The notes under the pieces were generated by a model. The model had not been told where the DNA came from, ran no database searches, and saw only the letters and a list, made by a program, of their open reading frames with translations. Source: Lama guanicoe (taxonomy: Eukaryota). Taken from it: a DNA stretch of 51,424 nt. How positions within the stretch are numbered: position 1 is the first letter of the stretch; every line of letters begins with the position of its first letter. This document shows, in pieces, positions 1 to 13,114 of the stretch. The stretch lies in contig MU053860.1 of NCBI GenBank assembly GCA_013239625.1, forward strand, positions 62,001 to 113,424, in the 5' to 3' direction. Position numbers and translations under genes: made by a program.

Positions 1-95
1 GGCACACAGAGGGTAAGTAATTTGGCCAAGGTCACAGAGCTAGTAAGTGGCAGAGCTGGGATTTAAACCCTGGCTGTCTGGTTTCCAGGCTCCCA
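1..95 (-). mobile_element. MIR SINE fragment
   Basis: aagtaatttggccaaggtcacagagctagtaagtggcagagctgggatttaaaccc is the typical MIR core. Confidence 0.85.
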
Positions 96-1499
96 GAGAT
101 GGGCTGTGAGTGTTTAGAGGTATCTGTATGTCTGGGTCTCTGTAACTCTGTACATCAGTTACCCCAGAAAAGACAGGGGAAGGAGAGTTACACAGGTGCT
201 CACAGTTGTGTCTCAGCCACTGTCCAGGAGAGTGCACCATGATTAACAGTGTTTTCCAGACAGCATGTCTGTTCATATAACATTGAGTTAATCTAGAAGC
301 CCTCCCTGCATTGCTTCTGTCCATGCTTGCCATATGACCAACTGCCCGTGATTGAGCTGTTGAGGAGAAAATGTACTGATGGTTGAACTCTGATATTTCA
401 GTCTGGTTCATAGTTTCATGTCTCTTGTTACATTAATAAGTTAAACGTCTGGCTTTCTTGCATCAGTTTGGTTAATGTGAGACCAGTCCATTGGAGCCCA
501 GGGATGCTGATGGTATAATTTCTGAGTACATTTTGGCACTTCTACCCATGCAGACCTGGCTGGAGAATGTCCCCCTTCCCCACTGATTTCTCCTGACAGC
601 AGCGTCCTCTCCCAGCCCTGCATGTGAGGCTGAGAGCTCTCTGAGTAGGCCAGACAGTCAGAGGTAAACTCTACAAATCAGAAAATTATAAAGTACCTGG
701 AAGTGGGTTTAATAGACAAAAAGGGCTTCCAGGTAGTCTGATGGACTCTTTGAGGCTGTTTGTTGAAAAGCTGTCCACTGTTTGTGGTTAAGCTGCTTCT
801 TTGCTGTTGAAAAGTTGGGATTAGATGAAAGGATTTTAAAAAGCAGAAAGGAGTGATTTCAGGTGGTACATCCACACTGGTGAGAAGTGATGGATGACCG
901 CCTGTGTGAGGCATAGACAGAGTGTTACAAGCTTCATAAAACAGCTTTAAAAGCTCTGCCAACTGAGTTCACTTCATTTGGGGTCTAGTTCATCACTGGT
1001 CGTGCTGAGAGGGCAAGTAACTGATGATGGCAGAAAGGACATGGAGGCATCAAAAAGATCTCAGTCATGTTCCCTGTTTAAAGGATGTGGCACAGTGTAA
1101 TATATTTGAGCTGGTTATTCACTGAACAGTTTTGAGTGTTTTCTGGGACTCCCCAGTGCCCCAAGGTTGCATGCAGCTGGATGTCCCCTCAGTGCAGCTC
1201 TGTCAGCACTTGTCCTGGGCTGACGTGATGTCACGGGGAGCAGGATGGTCAGTGTCCCCGGCTCCTCCGAGCTCCGTCTCCTCATCCGCAGTGACAGGTT
1301 TCTCATCCCTGTCAACTTTTTAGGGTTGCTGAGAATCACACGTGATGGATGTCAGGTATGATTTGTGGTTGTCCCTGTGTTTGGCATAGTCAGTATTTGA
1401 TAGAAACACTGGTTTTTTAAATTATACTTGTGGCTCCTAGATTGCAGTGGTTTTTAGTTTGCATTTTTTTATAATTTTATTCTTATATATAAATAGGCA

Positions 1500-1595
1500 C
1501 TTATTTTTATTTATTTTTATGGATGTACTGGGGATTGAAGCCAGCACATTGTGCATGCTAAGCAGGTGCTCTACAACTGATTAATACCCACCCTC
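1500..1595 (-). mobile_element. tRNA-Ala-derived SINE (camelid Vic-1 type)
   Basis: Reverse complement reads gggtgggtattaatcagttgtagagcacctgcttagcatgcacaatgtgctggcttcaatccccagtacatcca plus an A-rich tail: degenerate tRNA-Ala with A/B boxes. Confidence 0.8.
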
Positions 1596-2458
1596 CTTGT
1601 CTGCACTTAAAAATAAACATTGCAATACTCAAAATAGCTCTTAAACAACATCATGGGACCTAGTCTTTGTATAGACAATTGAATAGATATTCTACTTCAA
1701 TAAGAATAAATGTTGGGGCATACCATTCTAAATCTGTTAATGGGCTTAAAAAAGATCATAGCTAGTGATAAACACGAGTTTTGGATCCAGTACTTCTTAG
1801 GGTCTGTTTTGCCATCATGGGAAATTACATTTTACAGATAATGCTAATTGTGTCTCTTTGGTATTTGGATGATTTAGCAGATAATCAATGCTTTCAAAAG
1901 CTGACCTTTTTGTATTTTAAACTAACTACAAAGTTATCTTCTAGAAGTTGGAAGTCCTAAGCTTGTGAAGTGCCCAGTAATTCAGTGTGTATGTGTCTGT
2001 GTCAGTGTCTGAGTGAATGTGTGTGTGTGATTTCAGGAAGGTAGAAATAAGTTTCATGTAGCCTTCTGATGCATTTATCGTCCAGTTTAAGATGTAGGCA
2101 TATATTTACACAAATAAACTGATATTCTTTTGTCATTTGGCATATTGGTGGGAATACGAGGTTCTCATACTTGTTTCAGAAGGGTTGGGGAGCATGAGCT
2201 TAGAAAATGGGAAGAGAAAGAGGCAGGGAGGCACTTCATACTTTGTGCAGGATATGAGGAACAGTAGATATTCTTTTTTCTTCAAAAGCAAACTGGCAGT
2301 GAATTGTAAAATACAATTATTCAGAATTGCTTTTCTGATCAGATACAAGTGCCTCAGAGTTTTCAAGGCAACATGAATGATGAAATGTGTTTTAGCAGTT
2401 GTATTTAAAAGTAGTTTTATTTTTCAAATAAAAGGCTACAGCCTGTTCTTTCTTCCAG

Positions 2459-2485
2459 CGGTACAAGAAGTTCTCATTGATCTAT
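2459..2485 (+). pseudogene. TRAPPC9: 27-nt microexon of the TRAPPC9-like copy (xVQEVLIDLx)
   Basis: cctgttctttcttccAG|CG GTA CAA GAA GTT CTC ATT GAT CTA T|GTacat. Exactly 27 nt, phase 1-1, matching the alternative GAQEVLIDPG segment of TRAPPC9. Confidence 0.85.
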
Positions 2486-5169
2486 GTACATGATCTATGT
2501 GCTTAGTTTCTTTGTTTTTTTTTTTAAGTGCTTGTTTCATTGTGGTGTGAATGAATATTTAAAATTTCTGGATTTTTATCTTTAGAACATGCTGATTTAT
2601 CAGAACTGTTAAAAATCTGATTGTTCTTTGGTCCTTGTTTGGTGGGGCTCCTATTGATTTCTGTTGTCTGTTAAAGAGGGATATTCTTCCTCTAGCCTGC
2701 AGATCATTAAGTGAATGGTTTGCAGTGAGGCTTTAAAATTCTTTGAATGCATTGAGCATGTTTGTGCAGTGAATTTTTAATTGACTCATAGTAATGACTT
2801 TGCTTTGACACTTTGGCTTTTCCTCCTGTCCACAAGAATTTGAAATCTCTGTTGCATTTTGTATACGTGTACTTCACAGGGGAAGAAATTTTGCTTTTTT
2901 ACAGAGATGGATTTTCCTATCCCCTCTGAATGTCTTCTGTAATTAATACAGAAAAAAATCTGTTATTGCTGTGCTTAATTATTTCATAAACTATTTTTTG
3001 GCTTGATCAGAAACAATGACAAAGATTGATAATAAAAAATATCAAAACCTTCCTTCCTTTGAAGAATAGAAATCAAGTGATCAGGCTCATGCATGCTTTG
3101 TGCCTGACACATTCTCATGTCATTGTGTATCATGATTTGGAGATGGAGTTGCTTCATATTTCTAGATTTTTGTTTGAACATTTTTGTTGAATTCTTTCTC
3201 CAGACTGATGTTTCCTGTTGGGTTTGTGGAAAGTGTAGAAGAAGGAAAACAAATGCTTTGTTTTGTTTTCAGGAGGCCTGAGTTGCTGATTAGAAAAGAG
3301 TTGAGGGTGGGCTGAGGAATAGAGTGACACTCCCTCTCCTCCCGGCTGAAATCGATGAACAATGAAATCAATTAGGTGTTTTGGTAGTTGACCAATAGAA
3401 TTCAGTGAGTGCAAACTGGCCCACTGGAAAGTACTGAATACACCTGCAGAGTTAGGTGCTTTACCAAGTAGAAGCAGCTTAGAGCAATCAGAAAAATCAA
3501 TCCTATGATGAGATATAAAAGAATATAGTATCTTTTATTTCTGAAAGTTTTCTACGTTAAGTTGTGTAGAGCTAAAATTAAGTTTCAAGCACCAGGAGTT
3601 AAGGGTGTGAGTGGTTCTGTGGGATCGTTATTCAGGTAGGTGTCTAGATCCTGCTAGAGTGGCTGAAGCTGTCAGGAAAAGACTAAGAGCCAAGATTTGT
3701 CATCCCAGGGTTTTCTCCATAACTGTTCCATGTGGAAGCCCATGATTGGGTTAACAAATTATAACAGACCCCAGCCGCCTGTCAACTTTAAGAAGAAAAA
3801 ACTGTGCTTAGTAACTGCTTTGCAAGCAGGGGCCTGTGCATCCTCACTCCTGTCTCCTTGTCTTAAAAAGCAGAGACAATGCTTTGCTTGCATAGTTGAG
3901 GTTTTAGATAGCACTCTGCTCAATGCAAAGCAAAGACCCAGGCCCTCAGCTATAAACGTTGGGCTTGTGTGCTGTTATACAGTTTATTATCCCCAAAACA
4001 ACAACCTGGCTGGTCTGGTGGTCTGCTTTGTAATAAACATATCTAAAGAATGTATCTTGTTCCCCTCACCCCATGACTTCCCTAAAGATACACTGAGCCT
4101 TTGTACTCATTGTGGATTCTACAATCTCTATCTCATTCTGCCTTTCCCCAAGTTCCTGCTTACTATCATACAACTGTTACTGACTTTTCCTTTGATTATA
4201 CACAATAAATATGAGAGCATTTAAGAGGCTCATGGAGTTGGCTCCCTACTCCCTCTAGCTCTGTTAACTTTTTCCACAGAGTCTTGAGTAATTCATTCCA
4301 TGTCGGTAAGACTTCTGCCAGCCAGAACTCACAGTTCCAGGTGAGAAGGATGCAGGCTTTATCTTTCCTACCAGAGGGAGAGAGAGTAGAGAATTGAGAT
4401 CTGCTCCCCCGTGGTCCCTTCCTGTCCCAGGGCCACTCCAGTTCACCTGCAGTCTTCTGGCCTCTGCTCACAGGGCCTCTGTCCCAGGACTGACTGCAGC
4501 CCTTTCTTCCCTTGTCAACATTTCCTTTGCCTTCGAGAAGTTGGCCTCTTCTTTGCAATTCAACCCTGGCAGATGTGATGGTGGTAAGCGTGCTGGTTGG
4601 CAGACCCTTGGGACTCCCAGGAGACATGCTGATTCTCCTGAGTCTCTCATTCAGGATTACAGAACTGTCGAGCACCGGAGGAAGCCCTTTCACGTGAGGC
4701 CAGCTCAGCATTACATCACTTTCATTTTATTTTTGAATTTTCAGTGGAGAAATTATTTGTAGCAAAGTGTTCCAGATTTTCAGCTGCCTGCTTTCCTCAC
4801 CACATTCTCATTGTTGGTTCTGGTGCTTGTTTTAAGAACCAAGTTTCTTCTCTGGTCATTTGTAGCAGCTGGGCTTGCCGAATCCTTGATCTGCATTTGA
4901 AGCAGAATGCTTCTTCATGATGTCAAACTGATTTCCCTTGTCATTTCTGAATATTTCGTGTATACTCAGCAACTGTTTCAAGTGAAATGCTCTTGTCCAA
5001 TTTCAGTTAACACACATTTGCTGATCTGCCGCTTTCATACAGAGGGCAGTTTCTTCTTCCTGTAATAAAAGTTAGCAATTTGCATTTACTATTGGAAGGT
5101 ACTGGCCCAAAGTACTTTTGTTCTTAACTGTTTTAATGCAACTCACTGAATAAAAGGTACTGCGGCTTT

Positions 5170-6175
5170 TACTGTATGCCACAAAATGTGCATCCCAGTC
5201 AATCTTAGAACATTTTCATCCCCCAAATAGGAAGCTCCGTACCCATAAGCAGTCATTCCCATCTTCCCCATCCTCCTCCAGCCCCAGGCAGCCACTCTTC
5301 TCTCTCTCTGGATTTGCCTGTGCTGGAGATTTCATGTAAATCCAGTCACTTCATGTAAATGGAACCATCTATTGTGACTGACTTCTTTCACACTGAGTAA
5401 CGTTTTCAATGTTTGTCCACATTTGTCCACATTGTGGCCTGTCTCAATACTCCTTGTTTTGGTATTGCTGAATAATATTCCACTGTATGGCTGGGTCCCT
5501 CTGTTTACCCATTTATCATGTGATAGACACTTGGGTTGTTTCTGCTTTTTGGCTGTGATGAATAATCGTGTCATAAACATTCCTGTAGGAGTTTTTATGG
5601 GGACATTTGCTTTCAGTTTTCTTACGTGTGTCCCCAGGAAGCAGAATTGCTGGGTCATTCAGAAACCAAATATTCAACTCTCTGAGGACCTGCCAGGCTG
5701 TTTTCCAAAGTGGCCACACTATATTACATCCCCACCAGCAACAGCTGTGAGCTCTGCTTCCTCTGTGTCCTCATTAGTGCTTGTTACTCTTTTTTTGATT
5801 ATAACCTATTGTAGTGAGTGTGAAGCGGTTTCTCCTAGTGGTTTTGACTTGGTTTCCTTTACAGCTAATGATATTGAACATCTTTTCATTGTGCCTATTG
5901 GACATTTCTACATTTTCCTTTAAAAATATCTTTTCAGATACTTTATTCATTTTTTAATTGAGTTGCCTTTTTATTGTTGAGTTGTTGGAGCTTTTTTTAT
6001 CTTGGAAACACAAATTCCTTATCAGATAAATGATTTGAAAAAATGTTCTCCTGTCTGTTGTTTTTTCACTTTCTGGATGGTGTCCTTTGAAGCAAAGTTT
6101 TAAATTTTGATGAACTCCAGTTTATCTCTGTTTTCTTTGTTTCTTGTGCTTTTGGGGTCATATTTAAGATATGAG
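5170..6175 (-). mobile_element. Old LINE-1 3' fragment (L1MA/L1MB-like)
   Basis: Minus-strand ORFs MWPLWKTAWQVLRELNI...DPAILLPG and ...LFITAKKQKQPKCLSHDKWVN are degenerate L1 ORF2 C-terminus, followed by 3'UTR-like sequence. Confidence 0.85.
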
Positions 6176-6229
6176 CTATTTTATTTAAACTTTTATATAT
6201 AAAATAACTCAATTCTTAGGACGGTTCTA

Positions 6230-6380
6230 GGGATGGGTGCTGTTGTTTTCCCGAGTCTATGGATGAGGAGACTGAGATGCAGAAAATTTTTCTGAATATC
6301 AGTGTCACAGCTACCCAGTGGTGCTGTGGGATTTCAGACCCTCTTGTTTGTCCCCAGCATTTGTGCTCTTCACCACCATG
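6230..6380 (-). mobile_element. MIR fragment
   Basis: atggatgaggagactgagatgcaga...gtcacagctacccagtggtgctgtgggatttcagaccc...gctcttcaccaccatgct. Confidence 0.65.
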
Positions 6381-7789
6381 CTCTACTCCTTCCTGGAATC
6401 ATTAATGAAAGTCTTTCCATCTTTGATTTCTTCTTAGTTTTTTTCTCATTGGGGACCTCATCTTCTCATTTTCACTGCAGAGCTCAGTGTAGGTTTATTT
6501 TAGGTCTCATGCAGGCAGAAGCATCACTATCAGTTAACTTTTATACTACTCACTCTGCAGTGATGGCTGTTGCTAATTGATCTAATCAAGTCATGCTTAA
6601 GTCTTTCCTGCTCATGACACTTAAAACAGAGTCATGACTTACAGAATGCTCAAAGAAGAAAGTACTTGATTGATTTTATTTTGCTAACCAATCAAATAAA
6701 TACCTCAGTGTTGACATAGATTATTTGCCAAAATAGGGTCATTGTCGTCCTTGTGTTTCATTTGTTTGGTCACAGTGTCTGCATAGTGCCTTGCTGTCCA
6801 GCCGTTTTGTTAGGATAAGGTGCCCGTGAATCATTGTAAGGACAGAATATTGACAACAGACTGTGTTGTTCATTTCACAAGGGAAAAGATAATATAAAAA
6901 TAATGCTCTGATCTATTTTAAAATTAAGCTTGGAAATTTGAGCAGAGTCTGAGAAACCATACAAAGATATTTTTCACTAATTATAGATCTATCTTCGACA
7001 CATTATGGTTACATAGCAGACTAACTTATCAACTAGATTTGACAAGAAGGGTGTATTATTGATTATTTGTTTTAGTTGAAATATTCTACCTGGGATAAAG
7101 TAATCAGTGCCCATAAATGAGCAAATGTAACTTTGTATTTCTATGCAACATGGGAGCAGACTTCATACATTTATATACAATATATATGGGTGTTGTTTTA
7201 AACTGTCTGTCAGTGTTTTTATAGTTTTTCAGCAATGTTCTACCTTTAGAATTCTTCTAAGAAAATCACCCCCGTCTCTAGTGCAGTTTGTACTCTGTAT
7301 CATGACTTATGCATGGAATCCCATTGTCCCCTCAGTGAGAAATTTCTTCTCCTACTGAGGTAGTAGCAGAGATACAGAGACTGGGATTTCTAGGCCTTTT
7401 CTCTCCATATGTTTGAAGTTGTGTGTCAATCACGATTTTCCCTTTCTTAGATTTTCATTCTTCAATTTGAATTTTTGAAAATAACTATTAATATGTTGCA
7501 GCAGGCTCCCTAGGAACTTGATGTGTTTGTGCTTTCTAGTTTTTAAATTATGAAAAATGTAAATGCACTCTTGTTTTTAAGTAGTCATTTTTCAGTAGAT
7601 ATTTGTTTACCTCTTTATATTTAATTATTTTTCCCAATGAATGAATCAGTGTGCATGTTTTAAAAGATACATTACGTTTAATTTTTCTTATTGTAACAGT
7701 TATATTCATTGTAGAGAATTTAGAAAATAAGGATAAACACAGTAAATAAGTTAAAAATGGCCTGTAATCTCCTCACCTGGAGATACAGG

Positions 7790-8085
7790 TGTAAGTTTTG
7801 AAATTGAGAATTACAAGTCCTATCACGTTGTTCTACTTTTTCAAGATCACTTTGGTTACTGAGACCCTCGAATTCCCATAGATTTGTAGCAGCAGCTAGT
7901 CAGTTTCTGCAGAGGAGCCTGCTGGGATTGTGATTGAGACCATGTTGAATGCACGGATCACTCTGGGGAGCACTGCCATCCCAACAGCATTGTCTTCTGA
8001 CCCAGGGATGTGCGTGGTGTGTCTGTCCAGGTATTTAGGTCTACTTGAATTTTTTTCAACAATGCTTTGAGTTTACAGAGTATTA
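7790..8085 (-). mobile_element. Old L1 ORF2 fragment
   Basis: Minus translation ...KALLKKIQVDLNTWTDTP resembles L1 KEIKEDLNKWKDIP. The ttgttctactttttcaagatcactttgg motif is also L1-like. Confidence 0.7.
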
Positions 8086-10507
8086 TTTTACTTTTTTTTT
8101 TGCCTTTATACTGAGGACAAGTGTGTAAGGCACTGGGATAAGTAGTGTATTTGAGCCCCACCACTTGCTGCCACCATGGATGCTGCGCTCTTGCTTCACA
8201 CTCTGATCAATCTTGCACAAAATAGGACCTCAGTAACTCTCTCTTGAATGAATCATTATATAATTGTTGGATGATGCTTGAGAGTCCTTATGATGATTTT
8301 TTTTCCCAGACTTTCCCCACTTCGTAACTATGCCCTTTCCCTTCTTAAACTCCAGACTTTGTTTCAGCCTGCCTGTGGCATTGACTTTCCCTGTCGGTAG
8401 ACTCTTCCTTTCACTGGTTCACGATAATGTTTCATGTAGGCTGTGGATACTTGCTAGATGTCAAGAAAGAGCAAATCCATTGCATGCTAGTATTTTTAGA
8501 GTGTGGTAATATTTTATCGATTGAAATTAAATCAGGCTGACACCTGAGCTCTCCCATGAGCTCTTTTCACCTTCCTACAGGTGATACTGCTCTGGTTGCT
8601 GCCTGTACCCTTCCTCCAGCCTTGGTTTTGGAGTTGAGTAAGTCACCATCACTGGAGCCCTCTCTTTAAAAGATGAAGAGAACATTTGCTCCTTCTCCCA
8701 GTTAGGGGCTGGGATGAGATGAGGTACCAGATAAAAATGGAGCCCCACCTCATTCTGACCACCGCTCTTTCCATTCCTTTAACCAGGGGAAAATAGTACA
8801 ATACAACAGTATAAAGATTGACTATGAGCTAATGAGATAGACAAGACAACTGATTATTTATTAAATATCCTTTCATGCCAGAAACAAATGTATTATACAC
8901 ACAAAAAGCACATAAAGCATGGTAGTACTGTGGTTACAATCGTGGATCCGAGTTCAAGTCCTGCTCGGGAGTGACCAGTCCTGTGAGACGGAGAACTGGT
9001 AGGTGGGCTTAGCCTTTCCTGGACTTGTTTTCTGTCCTGCAGAGATGGGGCTCGCTTGGTGTCCCTCCCCCATAGAGGTGCTGTGGGGTGTAAACGACGT
9101 GCGTGGGCATCCCGAGCAAAGCTGCTCATTCCTCATAAGTGCAGGATAGCATAGCTTTTGCGATGATGGCTTTATGACAGCCCCGTGAAGACTCTCAGTA
9201 CTCCAAAGGGATGCCTTGTGGTTTGGAGATGGGATTCTCACTTCAGTAAATACCCAAGTATTTTGTTATTGGGCCTTGCTGATTTGAAACTATTCTTTAC
9301 AAAATAAATATTGTAGATTTTTTTTTCAAGCATGCATGATGTTTTCTTTTAATATTTATAGTTCTACCCTCTCATCTCTTGTGTGCTTTTTCATGGAATG
9401 TAGGAAACAATCCTAAGCCACCTGCCTCTTCACACTTCTCCGTGGTGGTTTTCCTCCCTGACTGGAAGAGGGTTTTGCATAGGAAATTTACTTTGTTTCC
9501 CTTTTCTTGGAGTCTCTCTGTCTGCCCATCTCTCACCTGTCCATCTGTCTATTTATCTACCCACTCATTCTTCTGACTTGTTCCAAGAAGCATTTCAGGC
9601 AGCTTACAGAATAACAGATACCAAATAAGCAGGTGAGAAAATGGAGCCAAGTTCAGACAGTGAGGCTAGGAGAGGAGCCTGAGTGAGGGTTGCAGGGTGA
9701 GACAAACGCGTCTGATCTGAGACTTATAAGACCGACAGCAATTGTGTCCCTGAGGCTCCCAGCAGACACAGGGAAACGGTTTGTGGGAGATGCTCACTAG
9801 TTGTGAAATAAATAAGTGGCTTAGGAGAAGCCCAGCCTTTCCAGCTACTAAGACTTAGGAGAATATTTTGAGTGTCTTCCAAAATCAGGGTATTTCATCG
9901 TTTCTTTTGTCACAGTTCTATGTGTAGTTGGTTACATTCTATACCTGGAAATTTCTCCAAAACTCCTTCTCATGTGAGTCTCATGGCTCGGGAATGGGGT
10001 GGTTCTGCTCATTGATGGGGGTTGCCCAGAAACAGAAAATGACAGCCTCAAAGGGGACTGGGGCTTTTCAGTCATGTTTTGTCAGTGCTGTTGACTTCAG
10101 AAAATGTTTTCACTGTTTCTCTCCATCTGAGGTGGCAGCGTGCTCTCTTACCAGCATCAGGAACTCAGGCCCACGGGATGGTGGGGGTGACTGCACTTCT
10201 GTCAAGACAGCTGAACTGGTCACTGCAGGCGTGGTGCTTTCACGTACTGCATTTCATGTTCTTTAATAGAAGGTTTCAATAGGAAGTTAATTAACTGAGT
10301 TAATTAACATTTAATAAATATGATGCTTTGTTGAAAAGACAGTTATAGGCACATTATAAGCTGTGAAGGATTTAAAAACGGTATCATTACTGAAATTTCA
10401 GTAGGGAAGATACACAGTTTATCTTATTTGTGCCTTTCTTTTAAAGTAAAAAGGAAACAAGACAGAATAGGCAAAAGATGCTTTCTGTTCTTCCTGTCTG
10501 TTTGCAG

Positions 10508-10628
10508 GCGCCCTCACCTCCAGTGGCATCAATCCAGACACCAGCACTGACACTGGCCGAGCTCAGAACTGCCTCAGCCCTGAAGACACAGCTGACAAAT
10601 AGAAGGGGGCCATGCCCTGTTACAGCAG
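10508..10628 (+). pseudogene. TRAPPC9: TRAPPC9-like exon (G)[38 protein letters not shown] with premature stop
   Basis: Polypyrimidine tract and tttgcAG at 10506-10507. About 27/40 aa match the recalled [40 protein letters not shown]. Tyr codon is TAG at 10600-10602. GT at 10629-10630 lies 1 nt earlier than expected. Confidence 0.92.
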
Positions 10629-11251
10629 GTGCTCTCACTTTGTGGGTCCTTATGTAACTGTGCCGTGTTAATCAGGATCACCCATTCTACATTGTGTGAT
10701 GCTGCTGCAGTGTCTCCTAGTTACTTGTTTGTGTAAGTACTCTTGTATTATTCTCCAATGTGTGGTACTACACATCTTAAAATGCTTTTTTCAATGAAAA
10801 ATAGTGTGTATTTAATATAATAAGTCTGAAAAAATGGGCAAAAGAGGCTATTCTGGTCCCACTACTCAGAGATAATAATTAACACTTTAACATCTATTTT
10901 CTATTTTTTTCGTCAGTATGTATCACCTCTGTCATAAAAACCAGAGAACACTCTGTGCCTCTTTACTGTGTGGAGACCTCCATTTTCCATTCTGCTTATT
11001 ACATGTTTTTCTTAAATATTCTATCTCCCCTGGCATGATTTATAATGACCAGTATATCATTCTGTCTTGTGGAGGCATTGTCCATTTTACTTCGGACTTA
11101 AATAAACTTTTAAATTCCAAGTATACTTAACTGAAATACTGAAAAGAGAACAGCGGTGGTACAGGAAGGCCCCTAACTCCCTTCCACTTATTTCCTGAGA
11201 GTAAAAGCTGTTGACAGTGTGGTGTATATATTTCATGACATTTATGCCTAT

Positions 11252-11254
<3 letters not shown>

Positions 11255-11299
<45 letters not shown>
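11255..11299. repeat. Compound microsatellite (AT)n(AC)n
   Basis: Directly visible: about 15 AT units followed by about 7 AC units. Confidence 0.95.
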
Positions 11300-11599
11300 A
11301 AGAAACACACACATGTATAAGAGAAATCTGTGTATATGTGTCTGTTTATACACTTTATTGAAAAATGAGACCATACTGTATGTATTTCTGCAGCTCGATT
11401 TATTCACTCAGGGGTGTATCATAGACGTCCTCCCACTCCAGACTTACCCAATCCTTTCAGATAGAGTGGAGGGGTCTCCTGATGTGCAGGTGTGCTCTCT
11501 TGTGCAAGGATACATTTGGTGTGAGAGTGCTATGGAAAAGGCCCTGGACCACGCTGAAAAGTCAGCTCCCTCAGGGCCTGAAGCTTGCTGTGATTTACT

Positions 11600-12480
11600 G
11601 CATCATTGTCCTGATAGAGGACACTTAGGTTTTCTCCATTTTCTACTGTCAGAAAGGATGTTTGACTGGCATCTTTTTGTACAGACATTCCTGTGATCTT
11701 GTATGAGTATTACTTTAGTTATGGCTTCTGGAAATTTAGTCCCTGGATGTGACATTTACATTCATCACAGGCTCCTTTCAAGTGACTCTGGAAATTCCTT
11801 CCTCAGTGTGGATGAAAAGATGTAGAATTACTTATGTAACCAATTTTCTATCCTGGATATGATTTCTCTTCAGCTTTTCTTCCCACCATTGTAAACAGTG
11901 CTGTGTAAATGCCCTCATGAGTACATCTTTTTGAGCTGATTTCTTTGTTTCTAAATGAAACGAATCCTAGAAGTGGAGTTGAGTCAGTGTGTACGCACGT
12001 TTTATAGAGTTTACATATTCATTGACATGTCATCCTACAAAAAGTTCGCTCACAGTTTGTTCTCCCACATATGGACACTAGATAGAATACCTTTTACAAA
12101 TATTTGCTAATATGATGAGCAAAAGTACATTTTCAATGTTATAGTTTGCATTTTATGACCAGTGAGGTACTGAGCATTTTTCACTCATAAGCCATTTGAC
12201 TTTATAAAATGAATGATCCCTTTTGTTCTTTGCAAACAGTTAAGTGAGGGAGCTTCTTGATGCTTTGTGAGAGCTAATTGTATAATATGAACATTAACTT
12301 CTTGTCTTCATCAATACTTGTCACAGAGTTTTTCTTGTCAATTCTTGCCTTTCATTTTGTTCAGTAGGTTTTTTATTTTCATTGTGGCCCAAAATATTCT
12401 TAACATAGTAAATATCTTCCTTATAGGTTTTATCTTTGGCATTATTATTAGAAATACTTTCTTATAATGGAATAAATTTC
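11600..12480 (-). mobile_element. Ancient L1 (L1ME-like) remnants, apparently continuing at ~19900-20390 beyond the full-length L1
   Basis: Degenerate L1 motifs (ggacacttaggttttctccatttt, cctagaagtggagttgagtcag; beyond the L1, aagaattttgatgggattt). Confidence 0.5.
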
Positions 12481-13114
12481 TTCTGTAACTTTTTAATGTC
12501 TAAGATGGAGATGATAATAGTAATTGTTATAGTGAGGGTAAGTTGAGTTAATATGAGCAAAGTGTTGTATTTACTGTTATTACTTTTTAATATTAACATC
12601 ACTATCTGTAATTTTTCTTGTGGTCATTATGACAGGAATAGAATTTGTTCTTTCCAGGTGATTCTCTGATTTTCCCAGGACAATTATTGAATTCATATTT
12701 TTCTCTTTGATTTGAAATCCCTCGTGTACAAAATACTTATGTAAACTAGAGCCTCTTTTTGAGCTCATGGTACTTTTTTTTTTCTTTTTTTAAAATTTTT
12801 TATTCATTTATAATCATTTTACACTGTTGTGTCAAATTCCAGTGTTCAGCAAAATTTTTCAGTCATTCATGGACATATACACACTCATTGTCACATTTTT
12901 TTCTCTGTGAGTTATCATAATACTTTGTGAATATTTCCCTGTGCTATACAGTGTAATCTTGTTTATCTATTCTACAGTTTTGAAGTCCGAGTCTATCCCT
13001 TCCCACCCTCCACCCCCCTGGTAACCACAAGTCTGTATTCTCTGTCTGTGAGTCTATTTCTGTCCTGTATTTATGCTTTGTTTTTGTTTGTTTGTTTGTT
13101 TTTGTTTTTGTTTT

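Noticed and set aside
1500..1595. tRNA-Ala genes here and at 39875-39954
   Set aside because: Degenerate stems, A-rich tails and a candidate TSD at the second copy indicate SINEs, not tRNA genes.
3697..4762. Cluster of 120-175 aa ORFs
   Set aside because: No recognisable homology, some start at non-ATG codons, they overlap on both strands and show no convincing exon structure.
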